Positions 1 through 6,969 of a stretch of DNA of 64,000 nt are shown piece after piece. The notes below the pieces were generated by a model, which worked only from the letters and a program-made list of their open reading frames with translations, had not been told where the DNA came from and ran no database searches. The DNA is taken from NCBI GenBank assembly GCA_963729715.1, contig CAVSPA010000007.1:224001-288000 (forward strand), read 5' to 3'. Position numbers and translations under genes: made by a program. Numbering within the stretch: position 1 is the stretch's first letter; each line of letters opens with the position of its first letter. The DNA comes from an uncultured delta proteobacterium (lineage in GTDB: Bacteria > Desulfobacterota > Syntrophia > Syntrophales > UBA2185).

Positions 1-1
1 G

Positions 2-313
2 GCAATTAAAAGGCAGACCCTGTATATGTGGGGGAATGGTTTTGTTGATTTCCGGGATATCGACCGCGCCTGGCAAATATTTTCGAAAATGAAGGTGGGG
101 CCTTTCGGCCTCATGGATTCAGTTGGTCTGGATACGGTCTATAATATAGAGATGGTTTATTATAACGATTCGAAAGATCCAAAAGACAGGCCGCCTGATG
201 CCCTTGTGGAGAAAATCAAAAAAGGCGAACTGGGTGTTAAGAGCGGAAAAGGATTTTATACGTATCCGAACCCGGAATTTCTCCAGCCGGATTTTCTGAA
301 TCCGAAAAAATAA
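2..313 (+). CDS. 3-hydroxyacyl-CoA dehydrogenase family protein, C-terminal part (5' end outside window)
   Basis: Frame open from base 2; motifs DIDRAW, GPFGLMDSVGLD and GELGVKSGKGFY typical of the 3HCDH C-terminal domain. Confidence 0.85.
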   Translation, partial: AIKRQTLYMWGNGFVDFRDIDRAWQIFSKMKVGPFGLMDSVGLDTVYNIEMVYYNDSKDPKDRPPDALVEKIKKGELGVKSGKGFYTYPNPEFLQPDFLNPKK

Positions 314-335
314 GACCGCTACAAGGAGAACGCAT

Positions 336-1259
336 ATGAAAGAGAAAGCCATCATAACGGCGGCCATAACAGGGAGCATTCACACCCCGACGATGTCTGA
401 TCATCTTCCCATCACGCCTCAGCAGATCGTGGACGAGGCAGTGGGGGCATATGAGGCAGGCGCGGCCGTCTGCCATATACACGCCCGGAATCCTGAAACG
501 GGAGTGCCTGTGCCGGACGTGACTCTCATAAAGGAGATCATCACGAAAATCAAGAGCCGATGCAACATAGTCGTCTGCATTACAACGGGCGGGGGGCTGG
601 GTATGACGACGGAACAGCGCGTCGCACCGGTGACCCTTTACAAGCCGGAACTTGCATCATTCAACGCCGGCTCCATCAACTTCGCTCTTTTCCCGGTTAT
701 CCCGAGATTCAAGGAGTGGAAGTTTGAATGGGAGAAGCAGTATCTCGGCATGACGGAGGATTTCATCTTTGCCAATACCTTCAAGTCCATGAAAGAATAC
801 TGCGCGAAGTTTAATGAGGCGGGGACGAAGCCCGAATTTGAGATCTATGATTCCGGCATGGTAAACAATGTGGCCTTTATGATTCAGGCGGGGTATATTA
901 AAAAGCCCGTTTATATACAGTTCGTCATGGGCGTCCTGGGCGGCATCACGCCGAGCCCGGAAAATCTCATGTTCCTTGTCGACTATGCGAACAAGATGAT
1001 CGGGGATTTCGAGTTTTCCGTATGCGTTGCAGGACGTGCCCAGTTCCCCATCTGCACGCAGTCCCTACTCATAGGCGGGAATGTCCGTGTAGGTCTTGAG
1101 GACAACGTATATCTCGAAAAAGGCCGGATGGCGAAGAGTAATGCGGAGCAGGTTGCTAAGATCGCGCGCATAGCCCGTGAGCTTGGAATAGAACCAGCCA
1201 CACCCGATGAAGCAAGAAAGATCCTGCGTCTCAAAGGAATCGACAAGGTAAATTTCTGA
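336..1259 (+). CDS. beta-keto acid cleavage enzyme (BKACE/Kce, DUF849), copy 1
   Basis: IITAAITG, HIHAR metal motif, KPEFEIYD, GGNVRVGLED, SNAEQV, ATPDEAR. Confidence 0.92.
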   Translation: MKEKAIITAAITGSIHTPTMSDHLPITPQQIVDEAVGAYEAGAAVCHIHARNPETGVPVPDVTLIKEIITKIKSRCNIVVCITTGGGLGMTTEQRVAPVTLYKPELASFNAGSINFALFPVIPRFKEWKFEWEKQYLGMTEDFIFANTFKSMKEYCAKFNEAGTKPEFEIYDSGMVNNVAFMIQAGYIKKPVYIQFVMGVLGGITPSPENLMFLVDYANKMIGDFEFSVCVAGRAQFPICTQSLLIGGNVRVGLEDNVYLEKGRMAKSNAEQVAKIARIARELGIEPATPDEARKILRLKGIDKVNF

Positions 1260-1269
1260 ATAACAACGT

Positions 1270-1292
1270 GCCCCCATCTTCAGGGTGGGGGC
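1270..1292 (+). terminator. putative intrinsic terminator hairpin
   Basis: GCCCCCATC-loop-GGTGGGGGC just after the stop codon. Confidence 0.55.
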
Positions 1293-1395
1293 CTCCATTT
1301 TCCAACTCACCACTCATCCGTTACGAAAAGAATCTCTCATGCGATCCCGCTGGAATCGGGCGGCGGCGCAGGCTGCAACTTGTCGTCGAATTGCC

Positions 1396-1425
1396 TTGAC
1401 ATAGAAAGCCCTCATTTCTTATACT
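1396..1425 (+). promoter_or_regulatory. sigma70-type promoter of the deoxyhypusine-synthase-like gene
   Basis: TTGACA-N18-TATACT. Confidence 0.65.
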
Positions 1426-1515
1426 CGATCCGACAAAGGGACATTATTCTTGGCCCCAGTCGGAAGGCCTGAGCCAACTAGTTAAAGCCGGGATCAAAAA
1501 CTTACCGAGGATATT

Positions 1516-2529
1516 ATGGAGAAGAAGGAATATCTGAAGACGCCGGTTGCACACATTGACATTAAATCATTCAGTACAGTTGATATCATCGATGCCATGA
1601 GAGGGATGTCCTTTTCGGCAAGAGACCTGGCCCAGGCCGCAGACATCTATGACAGGATGCTGAAAGATCAAGACTGCAGCATCATTCTCACCATAGCGGG
1701 AAGCACGAGCGCCGCGGGCTGCATGCAGGTGTATGCGGATCTCGTGAAGAACAACATGGTGGATGTGATCGTCGCCACGGGCGCCACGATTGTCGATATG
1801 GATTTTTTTGAGGCCCTCGGATTCAGGCACTACCAGGGCAGCCCCCACGTTGATGACCGGACCCTCAGAAAACTGTACATCGACAGGATATATGACACCT
1901 ATATCAACGAGGAGGATCTCCAGGTCTGCGACAAAACGATTACAGAAATAGCCGACGCACTGCCCCCCGGTTCATACTCGTCGCGGGAATTCATACGTGA
2001 GATGGGAAATTTTCTTACAAGAAAGGCCGCCAAACAGGATTCTCTGGTACAGGTCGCCTATGCAAATGACGTCCCCATCTTTTGCCCCGCCTTTTCCGAC
2101 AGCAGTGCCGGCTTCGGCCTTGCGCTGCACCAGCAGCGGCGTCCGAAAAAGCATCTTTCCATCGATGCGGTGAAGGATTTTCGTGAGCTCACCATGATAA
2201 AGGTGAAGGCCCAAACAACGGGACTCCTCATTATCGGCGGTGGCGTCCCAAAAAACTTTGCCCAGGACACGGTGATATGCGCCGAGATTCTGGGATTTGA
2301 TGCCCCCATGCACAAATATGCCGTGCAGATAACCGTGGCGGACGTGAGAGATGGAGCCTGTTCCAGCTCGACCTTGAAAGAAGCGACATCCTGGGGAAAA
2401 GTGGACATGGCCTGTGAGCAGATGGTCTTTGCCGAAGCGACCACCGCCTTGCCGCTCCTTGCAAGCTACGCCTACCACAAGGGGAACTGGAAGACGAGAA
2501 AGAAGCGGCAGTTTGCGAAGATGTTCTGA
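1516..2529 (+). CDS. deoxyhypusine synthase-like protein (probable homospermidine/polyamine synthesis)
   Basis: IDRIYD, PIFCPAFSDSSAG, IGGGVPKNFAQD, DGACSSSTLKEATSWGKV, AEATTALPL. Confidence 0.9.
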   Translation: MEKKEYLKTPVAHIDIKSFSTVDIIDAMRGMSFSARDLAQAADIYDRMLKDQDCSIILTIAGSTSAAGCMQVYADLVKNNMVDVIVATGATIVDMDFFEALGFRHYQGSPHVDDRTLRKLYIDRIYDTYINEEDLQVCDKTITEIADALPPGSYSSREFIREMGNFLTRKAAKQDSLVQVAYANDVPIFCPAFSDSSAGFGLALHQQRRPKKHLSIDAVKDFRELTMIKVKAQTTGLLIIGGGVPKNFAQDTVICAEILGFDAPMHKYAVQITVADVRDGACSSSTLKEATSWGKVDMACEQMVFAEATTALPLLASYAYHKGNWKTRKKRQFAKMF

Positions 2530-2537
2530 AAAAAGAA

Positions 2538-2576
2538 ACAGGCCGCTTTTCGTCCGGTCCAATGAAAGCAGCCTGT
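2538..2576. terminator. bidirectional terminator; probably the original tRNA-Ala terminator displaced by the island
   Basis: ACAGGCCGCTTT...AAAGCAGCCTGT inverted repeat adjacent to the distal att copy. Confidence 0.55.
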
Positions 2577-2587
2577 CTTATTATGCC

Positions 2588-2611
2588 TGGTGGGGATGAG
2601 GGGGATCGAAC
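2588..2611 (-). repeat. distal att site (duplicated tRNA-Ala 3' end)
   Basis: TGGTGGGGATGAGGGGGATCGAAC vs TGGTGGAGATGAGGGGGATCGAAC at 8369-8392. Confidence 0.92.
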
Positions 2612-2664
2612 AGATTTAATAACTGCTTATTATAACTCATTATTGATCTTATCAATTCTTGGAC

Positions 2665-2684
2665 ATACCCCCAAAAATACCCCC
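2665..2684. repeat. putative integrase arm-type sites, distal end
   Basis: ATACCCCC at 2665 and 2677; same motif at 8208-8266. Confidence 0.7.
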
Positions 2685-2823
2685 GTTTACTGGGTTCTTC
2701 TGATATCGACATTAGATTTTTTCATAAAATAAATCAAGATCAGAAATAAAAAAGTTTGGGGTATGCACTTGACTCAAGTGACCACAATATATTGTAGTGG
2801 CAAATAAGCGGTCCCCTCTTTAA

Positions 2824-3960
2824 TCATTGCCCATTAATGATGCGCGATGCCTGGTCAGGCAAAGTTATCATCCTGCTTGTCCTGTCCTTCACCTGATAAA
2901 TCACAATCTTATTCATGTTCGCAAAATCTAATACAACGGCAAGCAGATCACCGTTGGGAGAGACAGCTTGAGACCATATCAGTGTTGCGTGGAGATGTGT
3001 GATGCGCCGATGGTTTCCATCCGATGAATATTGGAAGAATTGCCCCCAATCGGCCGATCCGTCTGGCTTATAACCTTGTGCCTCAAAAATAAGGACTGAA
3101 CCGTCGGCACTCAATGTTGGTCCGCAGGAATATTCAGACCCCGCAACATAGTCTTTAAACTTTTTTTCGTAGTCAGGCATGATAATATACGGTCTAAGCT
3201 CTTTTTCGTTTCCATGCATTACGTAGATTTGGTTCCCTTTGTACTTTGATTTAAGGTCTTTATACATCATTTCGGTAGCTGCAGGGAGAACACCTGTAAA
3301 AGTTCCTGTATAAGAGAAGGGGGTATCACCCCAAAAAATGAATGTCTTGTCATCCGGAAAATAATATGGCTTTGACATCTGGTAAAATTTGAATTGAGTC
3401 AGACGAGTTTCCAAACCGGTTTCCACATCCACCTCATAGACGTCATAATCCGCAACTGGCGTGAGTCCGCTTGTTCTCTTCTTGTCTGCACGGGCGAAGA
3501 TAATCTTCCTGCCGGAGTGGGAAAAAGAGGGATACACCTTAAATCCTGTTGTATTTGTGATTTTCCTTACGTTCTTTCCGTCTGGATCCATGACGGCTAT
3601 CTGCCAATAACCGGGCTCCTGTTCATGTCCAGTGTGTGGTATTATTTGGAAAACGATACGTTTCCCATCGAAAGAATATTGTGCATGGCTCCATTCTTCT
3701 CCAATTGGTGATCGATAGGCGCTTAGCTCAGCAGTCTCCAGATCATACACATGAATCATCCATGGCCTGCCACCATGGCCGCGGTCAAAGAGAATCTTTT
3801 TGCCGTCAGGCGAAAAACTTATTCCTCTTATAAAATCCTGCTTTCCCTTATCCATAGTCGCACATCCTATATGTGTTGGTAAAAATAAAAAAGTAACGAG
3901 AACGAAACATAAAAAGCACGGCCTTTTATCAATTGATTTTTTCCTTTTGACTTTTCTCAT
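2824..3960 (-). CDS. TolB-like (PD40/WD40-like) beta-propeller lipoprotein
   Basis: Repeated FSPDGKKILF / YSFDGKRIVF / FSHSGRKIIF / VSPNGDLLA blades; basic N-terminus, hydrophobic stretch and HIGC lipobox-like motif; ATG 3960 preferred over GTG 3993. Confidence 0.85.
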   Translation of the reverse strand: MRKVKRKKSIDKRPCFLCFVLVTFLFLPTHIGCATMDKGKQDFIRGISFSPDGKKILFDRGHGGRPWMIHVYDLETAELSAYRSPIGEEWSHAQYSFDGKRIVFQIIPHTGHEQEPGYWQIAVMDPDGKNVRKITNTTGFKVYPSFSHSGRKIIFARADKKRTSGLTPVADYDVYEVDVETGLETRLTQFKFYQMSKPYYFPDDKTFIFWGDTPFSYTGTFTGVLPAATEMMYKDLKSKYKGNQIYVMHGNEKELRPYIIMPDYEKKFKDYVAGSEYSCGPTLSADGSVLIFEAQGYKPDGSADWGQFFQYSSDGNHRRITHLHATLIWSQAVSPNGDLLAVVLDFANMNKIVIYQVKDRTSRMITLPDQASRIINGQ

Positions 3961-3989
3961 GCCGCCATCCTTTGGAATATGCCTTCTTC

Positions 3990-4065
3990 TCACAAATACG
4001 CTGCACCGGTTTCCTCAGTGGAAAATTGTCTTAAACTCATCAAGTGATTTGGGCTTCTGTTTCAT
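3990..4065 (-). pseudogene. decayed N-terminus of an IS1595-family transposase
   Basis: MKQKPKSLDEF, then after a frameshift RQFSTEETGAAYL*, resembling the PxSLxEF..FSTEEAC..YL start of IS1595 transposases; lies just inside the inverted repeat. Confidence 0.6.
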
Positions 4066-4270
4066 ATGCGACAATACTACATCTTGTAGTCACTGGAGTA
4101 AAGTGCATACCCCAATTAAAAAAGTATTAGTCCAGGGGAAGGGTCTTCCCCTGGGTAGTCGTGTAAGAGCAAGAAATGTTTTAGCGTGATCCAGTTTCAT
4201 CCTTGACAATATAACGTTTGTATAATACATGAATGTTCAATATTATAAAAGTACAAAAGTGAGGACTGCG

Positions 4271-4537
4271 ATGAGAAGGCTGAAACAATACGGGATACAA
4301 CTGGAAGAGCAAGTTATCGTGCGGATCGATAGACTGGCGAAGAAACTAAATCAGCCAAGAAGTCTGGTAATGAGAAATTTAGTATTAGGCGGACTGAAAG
4401 ACATGGAATTTCTTCATAAGACCGGGATTATTGACGCAGTGGTTTTTTCTGATAAGATAATGAACAAGGTTAAGAGCGCATTATTAAAGGGGAAACTTGT
4501 ATTAGATGAAAATGACGAACTGAAAATAGAAAAATGA
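4271..4537 (+). CDS. ribbon-helix-helix (CopG-like) DNA-binding protein
   Basis: KQYGIQLEEQVIVRIDRLAKKLNQPRSLVMRNLV fits the RHH pattern; GAGGA RBS at 4261. Confidence 0.7.
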   Translation: MRRLKQYGIQLEEQVIVRIDRLAKKLNQPRSLVMRNLVLGGLKDMEFLHKTGIIDAVVFSDKIMNKVKSALLKGKLVLDENDELKIEK

Positions 4538-5263
4538 ATTAATATGCATTTTTTTCTTGACAGGTATAATGTATTGATATATAGGACTTTCAATATATCA
4601 TTTAACTTCACATTTATCATTTAACTACTCCCCGGCACAGCGGAACAACATGTTCGCCTAACGAAGAAATGAAGTTTTGCAGTTTATGATTTAACTACCT
4701 GGCGATAACGCTGCATGCCCGTAACCAGCAGTCAGATGCTTTCCCTAAAGATATGGCTGCCATGACATCCGGTGATAATTCATTTATTGCCTCAAGGGAA
4801 GTGCGTCCGGAATTTTTCATTCATGATAATTTTGGATGCTTGCAGTTGCGGGGAAGTGAAGGTCATTTTATTCCTTCATCCCGTTCGATGAATGTGCTCG
4901 ACCAGGCGTTTACGATCTCCACACGATCGCATGCTCCGGGAGCACGGCACATTAAAAATAATCTATTCACAAAACATTGTCACTGAAAGGACCCTTCCAG
5001 GGGAAAGCATTCTTGTTCCCTCTGAGGGGCAATTATCTTTCTCCTGGCCGATTGAACATTAACGAAGAAAGGAGAAAGAAAAATGGCTACACATTCTGCT
5101 TGGAAGAAAATCAGCGGAAAAGAACGAGAGAAGGTTTCAAGCCAGTTGAAGAAGCCTTCGAGGACATGAAAAAGCAAGATTGCATGATCATCGATGCAAT
5201 GGACATTAAAGATCTCACCAGTGTCATTCAATTTTAACATCTCAGAAACCTGAACAAACAAAA

Positions 5264-5627
5264 AAGTTAAACAGTACATCGTGAGGAGGATCATCCTCAC
5301 AGCGAGGCGGGATAGTGTGGAATCCCGATGAGCGCCTTTTATCATTTTAACTCGGATATCGTTTAACTTCGACGTGGCTGAACGAGAGTCACGAAACGGC
5401 GAAATCCGTTTCTTTGCTAACGCACGAAGGGCGGTACAAAGAGACGGATTTAAGGGTTGCTATTCACGTTGAGAAAACGACGGGGTCGTGGTCTCAGGAC
5501 GGCAATCAAACAACAAACCTCACATACATTTAACAATTTTTTCTTTCTCAGATTACAGGGTCTATAAGGCAGCAGCCATTCCTTTTGTTACGTATAGGAA
5601 AGGTTGTCAGTGGGACAACTATGCCTT
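5264..5627 (+). other. highly structured non-coding region upstream of the second recombinase (candidate ncRNA or ssDNA origin/oriT)
   Basis: At least 8 stems, several needing G-U pairs on the + strand (see findings). Confidence 0.45.
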
Positions 5628-5638
5628 GAGAGGTGCAC

Positions 5639-6670
5639 ATGAGAAATTTTGGGGTTGGAAAAAATCTGGATAATTTAATTGTTCGCAAGATCGCCGAGCA
5701 TGTATGTTCCGCGCGGGGTAACGGCACGGCATCGGAGAATAAGATTGTCTCCGCCTTAAAGGATTTCGCCGGCTTCCTCCGTTCCGAATACCAGATCAGA
5801 GACCTGCAAAAGGTGACCCAGGAACACTATAACGCATACGCCGATAATCTGAAGATGGAACTGGAGAACGGAGAAAAGGAATCGTCAACGACGTCAAGTT
5901 ATATCGCTTTGATCAACTCCATCTTCGAGGTTTACGGCAGTAGCAACCATATATCTGCAAAGGAATATGGAATCGCACGCGGACATCATTATGGCAATGT
6001 CGATAAATCCGCATCCGACGAGGTATATAAGGCTGTACTGAACGAACTCAGAGAGCGGTTCTCGGAAACAGACGATATAAAATACCGAGCACTCGCGCAT
6101 TCCATCACATTGCAAAGAGACGGCGGATTGCGGTTTCGGGAAAGCACGCAGATCAAGATCCACAATAATGACTTTACAGATAACACAGTATCTCTACAAC
6201 GTGGTGACGGCGTGAAGAACGGCCAGCCGCGCGAATTCCAGGTCCGGGATATCTCCGCATTTCTAAAAGCTCAAGAGTTTGTGCGTGCACATGCCCATTG
6301 GTTCGAAAGAGGTTCATTGATACCCTCGGACATGAACTACAATGAATATCGGGATTTTGCCTATAACACATTGCGCAGCATAAACGAGAGCATCGGATCT
6401 ACGCAGGGGTTTCATGCGTTCAGGCACTCGTTCGCCCATGAAAGCTATACTTCGAAATGGGAAGAAATGACAGGGCGTGAAGTAAAGTGTCCCGTTGAGG
6501 TTGGAAAGTTCGGCAATGAGTGGCGGGAATATGCGGCATCGGAAACTGGCCTCTCGAAAGAGGAAGTCAGAAAGCTGGACAAGGAAATACGTCTCGCCGT
6601 TGGCGAGGAACTTGGGCATCACCGAATCGACATCACGAATGCCTATCTCGGAGGCCATCATGGCAGGTAA
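5639..6670 (+). CDS. second tyrosine recombinase-family protein (Integrase_1-like, MRNFG-start type)
   Basis: Catalytic set intact: GLRFRE (R), VKNG (K), HAFRH, ELGH, NAYL (Y); no P4-type arm-binding domain; GAGAGG RBS. Confidence 0.85.
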   Translation: MRNFGVGKNLDNLIVRKIAEHVCSARGNGTASENKIVSALKDFAGFLRSEYQIRDLQKVTQEHYNAYADNLKMELENGEKESSTTSSYIALINSIFEVYGSSNHISAKEYGIARGHHYGNVDKSASDEVYKAVLNELRERFSETDDIKYRALAHSITLQRDGGLRFRESTQIKIHNNDFTDNTVSLQRGDGVKNGQPREFQVRDISAFLKAQEFVRAHAHWFERGSLIPSDMNYNEYRDFAYNTLRSINESIGSTQGFHAFRHSFAHESYTSKWEEMTGREVKCPVEVGKFGNEWREYAASETGLSKEEVRKLDKEIRLAVGEELGHHRIDITNAYLGGHHGR

Positions 6671-6703
6671 TGAGATGTTGATATTTGACTCGATGGAGGA
6701 AGC

Positions 6704-6931
6704 ATGCAAAAAAAAACAAATCAGCAGTTAAGCGACTTACCGCAAATAGGCTTACTAAGGCTCTCGCAAGTGCTTCTATTCATTCCCGTCTCTCCTTCAA
6801 CATGGTGGGCAGGATGTCGAGATGGCCGGTTTCCTAAACCTATTCGGTTATCAAAGCGCGTAACAGCGTGGAAGGCTGGAGATATTCGTGCATTGATCGA
6901 AGGACATACTGATTTTTCAGAAAAAGGATGA
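6704..6931 (+). CDS. alpA: AlpA-family transcriptional regulator / excisionase-like protein
   Basis: LLRLSQVL...VSPSTWW..CRDGRFPKPIRLSKRVTAWKAGDI; GGAGG RBS. Confidence 0.88.
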   Translation: MQKKTNQQLSDLPQIGLLRLSQVLLFIPVSPSTWWAGCRDGRFPKPIRLSKRVTAWKAGDIRALIEGHTDFSEKG

Positions 6932-6969
6932 TGACCCCGGACCTCTTTCATAAAACCAACCCAACTATC

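Larger units (their letters stand above)
2755..4116 (-). mobile_element. non-autonomous IS1595-like mobile cassette carrying a passenger gene
   Basis: About 44-bp imperfect terminal inverted repeats starting TTGGGGTATGCACTT (2756-2799 / 4072-4115); 8-bp direct repeat TAAAAAAG at 2747-2754 and 4117-4124; decayed transposase start at 4065. Confidence 0.8.

Noticed and set aside
2756..4115. Inverted repeats as an invertible switch for the second tyrosine recombinase (CACT-N7-AGTG core)
   Set aside because: The two 7-bp spacers differ, and the flanking 8-bp duplication plus transposase remnant fit IS termini better
4203..4226. TTGACA...TATAAT as a consensus promoter
   Set aside because: Spacer is only 12 bp, so the two hexamers cannot form one sigma70 promoter
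4596..4700. ATTTAAC motifs as dif/XerD half-sites or as a CRISPR-like array
   Set aside because: No XerC arm at 6-bp spacing; repeats are only 12 bp with irregular spacing; no cas genes
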